Numbered from the stretch's first letter, positions 25,189 through 38,258 are shown. The stretch is 64,000 nucleotides of DNA from Selaginella moellendorffii (GCF_000143415.4 NW_003314278.1:2058362-2122361), one strand, 5' to 3'. Made by a program: numbers and translations. The notes: a model not told the origin generated them from the letters alone.

Positions 25189-25606
25189 CTTTGGGTCAAC
25201 TTTCGGCTGATCCCACTTGGTAGTCTGAGGTTCTTGGTGTTCAGCCACACCTTCTCCCCAGCTTGGAACTTTACATCCCGACGCTTCTGGTTCGCGTATT
25301 TGGTTTGCCTTTGTTGAGCCTGTTCCAAGGAATCCCTCACTAGATTCCAAATGCTAAATCTTTCCGCCGTGAATGCCTCCACTTCGGGCAACTCTCCATG
25401 ATACTCGGCCATGCCGAGTTCCACAGGACCTTCAATAGCTCGCCCATTGATGACTTCCCATGGACTCACCCCGATACTCGAATGTGGTGAGTTGTTATAA
25501 CACATTTCCACAAGTCCCAAATGACTTACCCAATCGGTCTGGTCTCCCGAGACATAGCATCGCAAATAATCCTCCAGCTGCCTATTCACCCTTTCTGTTT
25601 GTCCGT

Positions 25607-25652
25607 CTGTCAAGAAGTGTTAGTGCCAACAACTTGACTTAATACCCCATAC
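25607..25652 (-). other. Putative 46-nt spliceosomal intron in the integrase catalytic core
   Basis: CAG|GTATGG...CACTAAC...TTCTTGACAG|AC. Removal gives AYHPQT-D-GQTERVN in frame. Confidence 0.8.
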
Positions 25653-27699
25653 CTGTCTGTGGGTGATAGGCTGTGCTGAATTTCAACTTGGTGCGATACT
25701 GTTCCAGGAGAGTCCTCCAGAACCTACTGGTGAAGATCTTATCTCGATCTGAGATGATCTCTTCCGGTCTTCCCCGCACTCGAACCACTTGTTTGAAGAA
25801 TAGCTTTGCCACACCTTTCGCATCCACCTCCGTTGTGGTGGGTATGAAATGTGCCATTTTTGAAAATCGGTCCACCACCACGAATATCGCATCAAACCCC
25901 TCGCTTGGGGGGAGTCCCGTGATGAAGTCCATCGTAAGACATTTCCACGGACGATCTGGAATTGGGATGCTTTGCAACAAGCCCCCACTAGCCTTAGTCA
26001 CGGCTTTTACCTGCTGACATGTTGGACATGTCTTTACATAGTCTTGGACGTCCTTAGCCATATCTGGCCAATGGTACTTCCTCTTGAGTAAGCCCATCGT
26101 CTTGGGCACTCTGCCGTGTCCCGCAAGGGGTCCGTCATGACACTCTTCTAAGGCCACCTTCCTTAGTTCCCCTTCTGGAACATACACCCTCGTTTGCTTG
26201 TAATAGATGAGTCTGTTGCGTTCTGCATAGCCCGTTTTCTCTTCCGTTGGCAGTTCACCTCTCTGGTGAGCTTCCCGTGCCTCTAGATTCCTCAGCAACA
26301 CTTCTTGTGCTAGACCATCATTCTCATATGCTATCCGCACATCGTCCCAGAAGGTTGCTGTTGCGCTGGATATTGCCAATCTCAAGCTCGCTTTTCGACT
26401 TAGCGCATCCGCCACGATGTTGCTCTTCCCAGGCTTGTATAGAATCTCGCAATCAAACTCGGCCAAGGCATTGGCCCACCGACGTTGTTTCCCTCTCAGG
26501 TCGGGCTGTGACAAGAAGTGTTTCGTTGCCACATTGTCTGTGTAAACCTTGAAGTGTCTCCCAAGGTAGTGTCGCCACTCCTTGAGCGCCTTGACCACTG
26601 CAAACAATTCCTTCTCATGGGCAGGCCACTTCCGCTGAGCCTTGTCCAACTTCTTCGAGAAGAACGCTACCGGATGGTTGTCTTGCTTCAAAACTGCGCC
26701 CAATGCAAAGTCCAAAGCATCCGTTTCTACCTCAAAGTCCTTACCAAAGTCTGGTAATGCCAATACAGGAGCCTTCCTCAACTTCCCTTTGAGGTGGACG
26801 AATGCCGCCTCGCATTCCGCTGTCCACACCATCTTCCCTTTTCCTGTTTGGTCCGTTAAGGGCAGGGCTACTCTCGAATAGTGTCTGATAAACTTTCGAT
26901 AGTAGTTGCATAGCCCCAGGAATGCCCTCAACTCGTGTACATTTGATGGTCGCTCCCATTCCTGGATCGCTTGGACCTTCTCCGGGTCCACCTTGAGCCC
27001 GTCCTGGCCCACCACATGCCCGAGGAACTTTACCTCTTGTTGAGCAAAGTCACATTTGCTCTCTTTAGCATACAGTTTGTGTTCCCTTAGTTTCTCAAAC
27101 ACCTTCCCCAAGTGTTCGGCATGCTCCTCTAGCGTCTCGCTATAGATCAAGATGTTGTCGATATAGACGACCACAAAGTGATCCAGATAGGGTACAAATA
27201 TGTGGTTCATTAGCGCCGAAAACGTTGCCGGCGCATTACATAGCCCGAAGGGCATCACCAGAAACTCAAAGCTCCCATACCTCGTTCGACAGGTTGTCTT
27301 CTCGACATCTTCCTCGGCTACCCTGATCTGGTAGTATCCTGACCTTAGGTCAATCCTCGAGAAGTATTTTGCCTTTCCCAACCTATCGAACAGGTCCTCA
27401 ATCCTTGGCAAAGGGTACTTGTTCTCCTTTGTATACTTGTTGAGCAACTGGTAGTCTATGCACATGCGCATAGATCCATCTTTCTTTTTCACAAATAACA
27501 CCAGTGCCCCATACGGTGACTTGCTCAACCTAACATACCCTTTGTCCACCAACTCCTCTAGTTGGCACTTGAGCTCCTTGAGTTCTTTTTCGTTCAAACG
27601 ATAAGGGGGACGAACCACTGCCTCAGCACCCTCGACCAGCTCAATCTTATATTCTATCGGTCGTGCTGGGGGTAGCCCCGCCGGTAGCTCCTCTAGCAT

Positions 27700-29526
27700 G
27701 GTATCCTAGAATTGGTCCAACACCCGCTGGATCACTAAAGGTACTTCTTCCATTCCTGTCTTTTTGTCACTCTTCACCGAGAGTAAACACAAAAAGGCTG
27801 CCTTAGTTCCTTTAGTGAGTTGTCCTTTCGTGGACACCAGGTTTAAGTAGGAATCTTTGGCCTTGCTTTGCCCTACCTTTAGATCTTGGGCCTCCACCCT
27901 AGATCTTCTTCCTTGGGCATTCGCCAGTACCACAAGGTTTCTACCTTGTCCATGCAGGGCTACCACGAATCGATTGAACCAGTCCATTCCGAAGATCACG
28001 TCAAATCCCGCCATGTCCAACACGGTGAAATCCATGTCCACCTTCCAAGTCCCCACTTCGACTCTCGCTTGTCGAAGTACCTCATCGGTGCTTTGGCTAC
28101 CTTGAACAAACTCTATAGTCCTTGGTTCGCCTAGCCGCTACACCGTTAGTCCGGCTTGCTGGACCATGTCTGCAGCCACAAAATTATCCGAAGCACCCGT
28201 GTCAATAAGGATCTTAACAAAGCTACCTCCGAGCTTCCCTCGGAGGGCTAGTAGATGTCGCGAACGACTCTCTACCAAAGTTGCTCGTGTAATGAGTAAC
28301 TTTGAGTTAGGGATTGGATCACATACCTCAGTTTGGACTTCACCCGACTTGATGGCCATATTGGCTCTGGCCTTCTTCGGGTAGGGACATTCCCTCGAGA
28401 AGTGTCCCACTTCACCGCAGTTGTAGCATACGTTGTTTCCCACGCTGCTATACAACTTGACCTTCTTATCCGTGGGTTTGTCTCTTTTCGCTTGACTCCC
28501 CCACGTACTCGCTCACTGGCCACCGGATCTGCTTTTCCGGAACCCCGAGGACTCATTCTTAGAGAAACTCTTCTTGAATTTCCCTCTGTTAAACGTTCCC
28601 CTTGGTTTGGCCCCTTTGCTAAATGTGGATCCCGACCCCGTCGTGTTCCCTTTTCGCAGGTTATCGTTGAAATGCACCTTGATGGCCGCATCCAATGCTT
28701 CCTTGTAGTTGGTCGGGTTCCACCGCATTATTTCGCCGCGAGCCCAGGTTTGCAACCCTGATATGAAGGCATGGAACGCATCCATATCCCCCATGTCCGT
28801 GACAAGTATTCTCTTTGCCATAAACCCATTCACATACTCTTGAATGGTTCCAGTCTGCTTCAGCCTACTCAGCTCGTCCCTTAGATGCAGAGTAGCATTC
28901 GGAGGAACGTAAGTTGCACAGATCCTCGCCTTCATCATTTCCCAAGTGGCCACCGGTCCTTCGTTAGCCTCTGTCGTTCTCCACCAAGACTTGGCATTAT
29001 CTACCAAGTATGGTTTTGCACATGGAACCTTCTCCGAGCTCAGTAATCGCAACGCTTGGAAGTAGTCCTCCATATCGTAAAACCAATCCTCCACCACCTT
29101 ATAGTCGTTCACTCCCTTGAAGACCGGTGGGGGCTTTGGTTTGTACTTGGGAACTGCCTGAGGGACTGATTCCACTTCGGTCTGTTCGACCTTGTCTGGT
29201 TTTGCCTCAGTCCCTGCCGAAGGGTCCGCACCTTCTGCGCTGCCAGCATCAGCAGTCTTTCGCTTTTTCTTCCGCTTCTCATCACGCTTTAGCTTGCGTA
29301 CGAGAGTCTCTAGCAGGGCATTGGTCTGTGCCAATTGTCCTTCTAGAACATCCAATCGAGCCTTGGACGACCGAACCTCACCACCAGACTCCTGTTTGGA
29401 AGTTGCCTCACTGGAGTCCTCCTCATGCAAGGATTCCTCATCCATAGCCTCCTGTTCGACTGGAGGCTCTAGCTCTGGAGGAGGTTCCGTCTCTGCCTGG
29501 GTTCGCTTACGTCTTGCCCTTGCTAT
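27700..29526 (-). pseudogene. gag: gag (retrotransposon capsid, CCHC zinc knuckle) and aspartic protease, in frame with pol
   Basis: CYNCGEVGHFSREC knuckle and LIDTGASDNF protease motif. ORFs 28513-29445, 28138-28455, 27706-28056 and 25639-27699 share one frame, separated by single stop codons. Confidence 0.92.
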
Positions 29527-29569
29527 CTCCCAGCAATCTGCCTCTATCCTTCGCTAGAACTGAGGAAGA

Positions 29570-29582
29570 GGCTCCGATACCA
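29570..29582 (-). promoter_or_regulatory. Primer binding site (tRNA-iMet type) of element B
   Basis: TGGTATCGGAGCC, 3 nt after the 5' LTR; one change from the canonical TGGTATCAGAGCC. Confidence 0.9.
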
Positions 29583-30804
29583 AATTGTAAGCCACAAATT
29601 TTTCCTTTCCAATTTGCCAGCTTACCTCGTCTATCCGACCAACTCTGCCTTGGCTTGTGCTAAGTTCCCTTGCCAAGGTTCCCGCCTATGGTACCAGCTC
29701 CTACTTGGTCCTACTTGGTTTTAGCTACTCACTGCACGAGCAACGGAGTGTTAGCCATCCATCTATGGATTCCCAAATCTCTCCCAATCCCCCTCCCCAG
29801 GTTAGACTGGACTTAAGGTTTGGCTACACTCCCCGCAGGCACAAGCAGCCAAGCACACCAAGCCTCCAGATTCCTAACACCCCTTGGTACCACAAGACTT
29901 GATCATGGGACCCTCTAAATCCCAAGTCTTGGGTGCAGGACTTGCTTCGGGACGTCAGGGCGAAACACCGTGGCCTAACGGCCCAGTATGGGTACCTCTA
30001 CCCCCCCACTTCCATCCCGAAGGGAAGGCCCAAACCCCTAGGAAGGGCGAGGACTAATGAGCCACAAGGTACTCAAGTGGGGCACCACTCCACATGAGCC
30101 GGGAGCACCACAGTCAATTTCCCTATCGGGAGTGGGAGCTGCTCTTGAGCACTTCCCTGGGTGGCCCCTCCGGCACCACTCAAGCCCATGCTCACTCCCA
30201 CCCAAGGCCCCTCGGCCCCAGTCTCAACCTCAAGTCAGTTTGGAAGCACCACTGGAGAGTTCCTTCAAGACTGGTTCCTGGACCTCACTATCCCTACTAT
30301 ACTTTTGGAACCCCCTGCAGCCCCCCCCCCCCACCCCCACCCCTGGGAGACACACGCTTTGGGCTTTCACCCTTGACCCGTATTAGTATTTGGACTTAGT
30401 CTCTGGCTCGATCTCGGACCCGATTTCGGATCCGACTTCAGATTCGGTCTCGGACTCGGTCTTGGACTCGATCTCGGACCCGATCTCGGACCCGATCTCG
30501 GACTCGACCTCGGACTCGGTCTCGGACCCGATTTCGGATCTCAGACTCCGTCTCGAACTCGGTCTTGAACTCGGACTCGAACTCGATCCCCGAGTTGGTC
30601 TTGGACTCGATCTTCGACTTGGTCCGATCCGATGAACTCTTTGTCATTTTGGTCATGCTTTTGGGGTTCCTTTAGCCTACGACACTTCGGCGAGTTGGTT
30701 CCTTACAGTAGCTTGGTGAAGTGTTCAAGAGCCGGCTCTAGTTCCCCCAGGAGATCAACTGGCCGATGCTCCTAGTCTAAGTGTGGGTGGCACTACTTAC
30801 TTGG

Positions 30805-33800
30805 TGTGAGACACAAAATCCCTAGGCCCCAAAGTGAAGCTGGAAAGGGTGCCACGTGGTAGTGGCTGAAGCGAAAGCCAAATGAGCGTGACCTGTTTGG
30901 ACTAAAAGCTCCGACTTGGAAGGTCGAGAGCGGGAGTGGAACTCTCAACAAAGTGCTTGAGGAACAAGCACAAAGCGAGCAATAAGCGAGGCTCCAAAAA
31001 GGGACCTAAAAGGACAAACACATGACACGTGGAAGTGTCTGAGATGGGGTCCAAGATGGACCAAGACGGAGTCCGAGATGAAGTCTGACGTGGAGTTCGA
31101 GATGGAGTCCGAGATGGAGTCCGAAGTGGAGTCCGAGATGGAGTCCGAAGTGGAGTCCGAGATGGAGTCCGAGATAGACCGAGACGGAGTCCGAGATGGA
31201 GTCCGAGATGGACCGAGATGTAGTCCGAGATGGAGTCCGAGGTGAAGTCCGAGATGGAGTCCGAGATGGAGTCCGAAGTGGAGTCCGAGATGGAGTCTGA
31301 GATGGACCGAGACGGAGTCCGAGATGGACCCGAGATGGAATCCGAGATGGAGTCCCAGAAGGACCCGAGATGGAGTTCGAGGTTGAGACTGAGACCAGGA
31401 CTGAGACCGAAACCGGGACCGGGACCGAGACCGAGACCAAGACCGGGACCGGGACCGAGACCGAGCCCGAGTCCGAGTCCGAGTCCGAGTCCAAGTCCGA
31501 GTCCGAGTCCGAGTTCAAGTCCGAGTTCGAGTCTGAGAGGGTGAAAGCCCAAAGCGTTCGTCTCCCAGATCCTGGGGGGTTTGGTGAGCTCCAAAAGTAT
31601 AGTAAGGGGGAGGACTGTAGTGGAGCCAGTTTGGCCAGGAAAGGCCAGTTTAGCCCAGGAAGGCCAGACCTAGTGTTGGGTGATGAACTGACCATTGGGA
31701 AGTCCAAGACTAGAGTGAATACGGACCGACAAGCGGGGTAGCTTGGTGAAGTGTTCAAGAGCCGGCTCTAGTTCCCCCGGGAGATCGACTGGCCGATGCT
31801 CCTAGTCCAAGTGTGGGTGGCACTACCTACGTGGATACTAGGCGTGGCTCAACGGAACCTCGCTCTAAGCCCATGGCTAGAGCACCTAAAGGCGAAAGGT
31901 GGGGAGAGTACCCAGGTGGCTCGCGTAAGGCCACGGTGTTCCGAAATGTTGTCCCAAAGGCCCAGACTGTGGAAAGGAAGAGGAGCAGTCCTCTGGGGTA
32001 GTGACCAAGGACATAGTCGTGCAGTGAGGAAGTCCCAGAGGACCGTGGGACTTAGTGGTCGGGCCTATGGGCCTCGATCCAGTGGTAGTGTTGGTGAACA
32101 CGGCCATGGACAGTAAAGGGACTTAGTGGGGACCAGAAAAGGGACATTGGGGGAAGGCTATTCCCCATGTCTGTCGGCATCCTAAGGATGCTAAGGAGTG
32201 GATCTGGGATGATCACTCATGAACGGATGGCCTAGTCTTTGAGGGACGGGACTGTGATGGAGGTGGTGTCAGACCACCGGTGTGACCAAGGTGAATGGGC
32301 ATGGCCTTAGCGTAACGGGCTGATATGTTGGTGGTACCTTGGAGTGTCGGTCATGGGATCGGTCACGTGGAGCACTTGGACCAAGTGCAAAGGTTGGGTG
32401 GCGGGGATGCCATTCTCGGGGCTAGCAAGCCCAAGTTTGAAATAGGACTTATGGAGGTTGTGAGTGAGACTCCTTCAATTGGTCGGAGGTGTGGTTAAGT
32501 GACTAAAGTAGAATGGAAAAATTAGTCGCTTACAACTTGGTATTAGAGTTGTTCCTTAGTCCGACTTTTATTGGTGCTCAAGTATATCACCATTGATGTT
32601 GGCATTGGAAGGTCCTAGGAGTGGGCCTATCCTTGAGGAGTAGCATGTCGAGAGGACATGGCTCTCCACTCAAGTTCATGCGTGAACTTGGGCACGATGT
32701 GGTGGATAGAAAAGGGCCAATAATAGAATGACTTTGGGATCTTGGGAACAATATAAGGTTTCCTCAGAGAGCTGAGGATGTGATCCAGATGAGCATTTGA
32801 TGCAGCAAACGGGCTAACGTAGTTGTGGTAAACAACTATAATTGGGATCACGGGAAACATGTAGACTCCAAAATAATAAAGGAGTCACAAGATTACCCTC
32901 ATATAGTTGAGGCCGGTGCTCATAACTTTGAGACCGGAATTGATGACCATGGGAGGTCAAATATAGGAGAGGACACAAGTCCTCGAAATGGTAGCTGAGG
33001 TTACCCTTGATAAATGCTGGAACAACCCAAGGAGTTGGGGATGTACTTAGAGGATGAGTTGGTATTCTCATCACATGGACAAGTGGTCCTAAGAGGCAAA
33101 AGGTTGCCCCAAGAGAATAAATCAAGTGTCGGAGTAACACTTGCAAAGATGGTCCTTGTGAGTAGGACCTGAATATAAGAAGTTGTATTCCAGTGAGCTG
33201 GCACCTCAAAGGTAGGACCTCATGGGTCGTCGGATGACAAAGTCCAAAAAGCTGGATGACTCCAATAGAGTCAAGGAATAATCCTAAAGGATTGATGGAA
33301 GCATTTGGACTGAGGTGTGTGGTACCCCACGAAGGATGGGGGGGATCATAGGATCCAAGGATGAGAACAGAGGGTATCTCATCGCCCAAGGGATTAAGTC
33401 TCTAGCGAATGAAATGTCCAAGGTGGCGGAGACAGGAGAAGACTGTCTACTTGAATTGGACAAAGCCAAAAATGGAATTTTGGCAAGGCTAGCGATGGGC
33501 ATGCAAAGGCCCATAAGCAACAACGTAATCTCGGTGTGTGGGATTATAGAGTGAGCATACCTGGATTGAGGAACCACTCCCTAGGCTATCGGGTAGGTTC
33601 ATCCCTAAGAATACTTGCTAAGGCATGATAGAAAGTGCAAAGCTATCCTCCTGGTCTGGAGGAGAATGACCAAAGGAAAGGTGTGAAGCCAAAAGCAAGA
33701 AGTAACAGGGTAGAACCGAACCATAGGAATTGAAGGGCATAACCAAGGTTGGTTGTGCCAGCTGGGAGTGGAGAATCAAGTGGGGGCTCGAGGGTGTTGC

Positions 33801-36800
33801 TGCTAGCAACCGTGATGCCATGGAGAGTCTAAAATATGGAATTGTCCATGTTAGACTATATGGTAATTGGAAAGCTTGCAAAAAGGGAGGCCTTAGCAAG
33901 CTAAAGGACAGAGTTTCTTCAAGGTTCCCAAAGATGATTCTAGGTAGCTTAGTACCTAGAAAGGCCAAGCATAAATGGTTCAAGGAACGCGTGAAATCAG
34001 AGTGGCACAGTAGAAGCGTGGTCTTGAAACTTGCCATGAGGCAAGGATATCAAGGTTAGGGAAGTAGTTTCTGAGTGTTCAAAGAGAGGGCTTTGAATGA
34101 AAGTCGATGATCAAGGGCTTTCACGCTTGTGCAGGAACCATGTTACAGTGGTCGGAGGGCTTGCCAAAGCGAGATTGGCAAGTCAGGGGAACAAATACCC
34201 TAGTTGAAGGTGATAACTTCAAAAGGGGTGGGCCATGGGGCCAAGCATGGAGAAGTCCATGCATGATCACAGACTTGTCAAGTGAGAGGACTTGGCAGTG
34301 TGGAGGAACTAGGTTCTTAAGCTGTGATCTATAGCGCGCTTTGAGTAAAAGTTGGTGCACCGGCGTGGAGAGTCACGCCAGGCATCCTGGGGGATGCCGC
34401 CCATAGATGCATATATGGAGGTTGGGTTTGAGTCCCGACCCTTTAGTGCTTGGGTTCAAGTCCCAAATCACTAGGGCGTGGTGATGGTTTGGAATATGAG
34501 GACATTCATATTTCGGTGGTCATGGACTCTCAATGAGGAGATTGGCTTGGGCATACCGCCAAGCGGGGGATGCCCCGGAGTTGTGATGCACGGTTAGATT
34601 GTTTAGAGTGAAAGCTCGGCATATCTAATTTGAACACTTTGGTACAAAAGGCACCAAGGACGTGGTGAATGAGATGGGGACACCCAGTCTTAGTTGCTAT
34701 GGATCCTTGGCCGGAAGGGCTAGCTTGGGCGCACCGCCAAGTGTGGAGAATGCCCCCGGGGTCATAGTCAACAACTTAGTAAGGTCTGGAAGACCTAATT
34801 CCTATTGGTAGACGTATTAAGGGGTCAAGATGAGATCACTAGGTGATCTTATGGCTAAACAAGGACAAGGTCTTTATTTGGGTTAAGGAATATGATTCCT
34901 AGTTCAAAGTGTTGATTTGAACTATTGATAAAGGTGTGGCTTGGTCAAGGTGACTAAGTGGGAAGGACACCTAAGGGAAATGAACTACTACAATACAATG
35001 GTATTATGAGTTCAAGAAAATAGTCTCTAGAAACAGACCCATGGGTGGGTCACAAGGTTGGGCTAGGAAGCGAGCCTAGAACAGTTGGGGAGACTTACTA
35101 GGGGTGAACACCCCAGTCTGGGCAAAGCAGATCTTTTGCTATGGAACCAAAAGAATACCTCAAGGAGGGAGGTAATGATCCTATGTTGCTTGGTGCAACA
35201 ATTCAAGGATAGGAGCAAAAGACGAGTGCCCAAGATAGGGCCGTGGAATCCATTGGAAAGAATCCAAGTGGCAAAGTTAGCCAAAGAACACTAATGTGGT
35301 TGATGCTAATGGATTGCGAAAAAAGAAGTGGACTTCCAAGGATGGATTCCCAAGTGCTCCAATTTGGCAAAGGAAAGGTTCCAAGTGAGGGAGCAACTAA
35401 GTAGCCAAAAGATAGGGCCGTGGACAGCCCTAGCACAAATAATGATAAATGGAATGTAATGCCAATGGGGGCACAAAAATAGAAAAGAGGATGAGGGTGC
35501 CCTCGAGTAGAGAACTTCCTAGGAGGGGAAGTGGAGTTGCACAAAATGTGCAAAGCAAGGTGTCGGAGACACCTAGGAAATTGACTTCAAGAAATCAAAA
35601 GTAAACGTTCCAAAGTGCAAAGGTAGATCAATGGAATCTGTGACTACTCAAGAATGATTAGTGGAATTGAGTTAGAGAGGGTGTCTCTAACGGGTTTAGT
35701 GAGAACTAAACCAATAAACGGAAAGAACCACCACAAGTGGTCCAATCAGTCTCTAAGTTGGAGAGACTATCCTCCTTAGAGGATGGACAAGGCATGGTGA
35801 GCCTTTGGGGTCAAACCATAGACAAATATTGGCCGGGTGCCAAGGATGGGAATGGTAACACCTGCGGGTATTACTTTATAAAAGGGTTTACCATTCGATG
35901 AGGACATTGAACATCGTCTATGGGTGGTGGAGTTGTGAGACACAAAATCCCTAGGCCCCAAAGTGGAGCTGGAAAGGGTGCCACGTGATAGTGGCTGAAG
36001 CGAAAGCCAAACGAGCGTGACCCGTTTGGACTAAAAGCTCCGACTTGGAAGGTCAAGAGCGGGAGTGGAACTCCCAACAAAGTGCTTGAGGAACAAGCAC
36101 AAAGCGAGCAATAAGCGAGGCTCCAAAAAGGAACCCAAAAGGACCAACACATGACATGTGGAAGTGTCCGAGATGGAGTCCAAGATGGAGTCCAAAGTGG
36201 AGTCCGAGATGGAGTCCGAGATGGAGTCCAAGATAGAGTCCGAGATGGAGTCCGAAGTGGAGTCCAAGATGGAGTCCGAAGTGGAGTCCGAGGTGGAGTC
36301 CGAGATGGAGTCCGAGATGGAGTCCGAAGTGGAGTCCGAGATGGAGTCCGAGATGGACCGAGACGGAGTCCGAGATGGACCCGAGATGGAATCCGAGATG
36401 GAGTCCCAGAAGGAGTCGAGATGGAGTCCGAGGTCGAGACTGAGACCGGGACCGAGACCGAGACCGAGACCGGGACCGGGACCAAGTCCGAGTCCGGGTC
36501 CAAGTCCGAGTCCGAGTCCGAGTTCGAGTCCGAGTTCGAGTCTGAGAGGGTGAAAGCCCAAAGCGTTCGTCTCCCAGACCCTGGGGGGTTTGGTGAGCTC
36601 CAAAAGTATAGTAAGGGGGAGGACTGCAGTGGAGCCAGTTTGGCCAGGAAAGGCCAGTTTGGCCCAGGAAGGCCAGACCCAGTGTTGGGTGATGAATTGA
36701 CCATTGGGAAGTCCAAGACTAGAGTGAATACGGACCGACAAGCGGGGTAGCTTGGTGAAGTGTTCAAGAGCCGGCTCTAGTTCCCCCGGGAGATCGACTG

Positions 36801-37543
36801 GCCGATGCTCTCAGTCCAAGTGTGGGTGGCACTACCTACTTGGATACCAGGCGTGGCTCAATGGAACCTCGCTCTAAGCCCATGGCTAGAGCACCTAAAG
36901 GCGAAAGGTGGGGAGAGTACCTAGGTGGCTCACGTAAGGCCACGGTGTTCCGAAATGTTGTCCCAAAGGCCCAGATTGTGGAAAGGAAGAGGAGCAGTCC
37001 TTTGGGGTAGTGACCAAGGACACAGTCGTGTGGTGAGGAAGTCCCAGAGGACCGTGGGACTTAGTGGTCAGGCCTGTGGGCCTCGATCCAGTGGTAGTGT
37101 TGGTGAGCACGACCATGGACAGTAAAGGGACTTGGTGGGGACCAGAAAAGGGACATTGGGGGAAGGCTATTCCCCATGTCTGTCGGCATCCTAAGGATGC
37201 TAAGGAGTGGATCTGGGATGATCACTCATGAACGGATGGCCCAGTCTTTGAGGGACGGGACTGTGATGGAGGTGGTGTCAGACCACCGGTGTGACCAAGG
37301 TGAATGGGCATGGCCTTAGCGTAACGGGCTGATATGTTAGTGGTACCTTGGAGTGTCGGTCATGGGATCGGTCACGTGGAGCACTTGGACCAAGTGCAAA
37401 GGTTGGGTGGCGGGGATGCCATTCTCGGGGCTAGCAAGCCCAAGTTTGAAATAGGACTTATGGAGGTTGTGAGTGAGACTCCTCCAATTGGTCGGAGGTG
37501 TGGTTAAGTGACTAAAGTAGAATGGAAAAATTAGTCGCTTACA
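30805..37543 (+). mobile_element. Complete family A element nested in an A LTR
   Basis: LTRs 30805-32534 and 35934-37543, PBS TGGTATTAGAG at 32538-32548, PPT, and TSD CTTGG (30800-30804 / 37544-37548). Confidence 0.93.
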
Positions 37544-38245
37544 CTTGGATACCTGGCGTGGCTCAATGGAACCTCGCTCTAAGCCCATAGTTAGAGCACA
37601 TAAAGGTGGAAGGTGGGGAGAGTACCCATGAGGCCCGCGTAGGGCCACGGTGTTCCGAAATGTTATCCTAAAGTCCCAGACTGTGGAAGGGAAGAGGAGT
37701 AGTCCTCTGGAGTAGAGACCAAGGATACAGTCGTGTGGCGAGGAAGTCCTAGAGGATTGTGGGACTTAGTGGTCGGGCCTGTGGGCCTTGATCCAGTGGT
37801 AGTGTTGGCGAACACGGCCATGAGCAGAAAGGGACTTGGTGGGGACCGGAAAAGGGATATTGGGGAAGGTTATTCCCCATGTCTGTGGGCATCCTAAGGA
37901 TGTTAAGGAGTGGATCTGGGATGATCACTCATGGACGGATGGCCCAGTATTGGAGAGACGGGATTGCAATGTAGGTGGTGTTAGACCACCGATGTGACCA
38001 AGGTGAATGAGCATGAGCGTAACGGGCTCATATGTCGGTGGTACCTTGGGGTGTCGATCATGGGATCGGACACGTAAAGCACTTGGACCAAGTGCAAAAG
38101 TTGAGTGGCATGGATGCCATTCTCGGGGCTAGCAAGCCCCAAGTCCTGAATGGGACTTATGGAGGTTGTGAATGAGACTTCTCCAGGTGTTCGGAGGTGT
38201 GGTTAAGTGACTAAAGTAGAATGGAAAAATTAGTTGCTTATAATT

Positions 38246-38258
38246 TGGTATCGGAGCC
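38246..38258 (+). promoter_or_regulatory. PBS (B-type, TGGTATCGGAGCC) after the outer A LTR1
   Basis: Seen directly; the same att spacer and sequence as element B. Confidence 0.85.

Larger units (their letters stand above)
24680..27699 (-). pseudogene. pol: pol: RT, RNase H, integrase (split by introns), chromodomain
   Basis: RT motifs ([22 protein letters not shown] = mutated YIDD), RNase H ([18 protein letters not shown]), HHCC, MDFI/SDRD/QTERVN, GPY, and chromodomain YEVEAIL...VKWKGFP...ATWEP. A further stop lies at 25079-25081. The 3' end is approximate. Confidence 0.95.
23234..30707 (-). mobile_element. Full-length Ty3/gypsy chromovirus (family B)
   Basis: LTRs 23234-24351 and 29586-30707 (TG...CA, near-identical), TSD CTAGC/GTAGC, PBS, PPT, and gag-PR-RT-RH-IN-chromodomain order. 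Confidence 0.97.

Noticed and set aside
28513-28515. Programmed readthrough stop between gag and pol
   Set aside because: The stop lies upstream of the zinc knuckle and three similar stops occur further on, so mutational decay is simpler.
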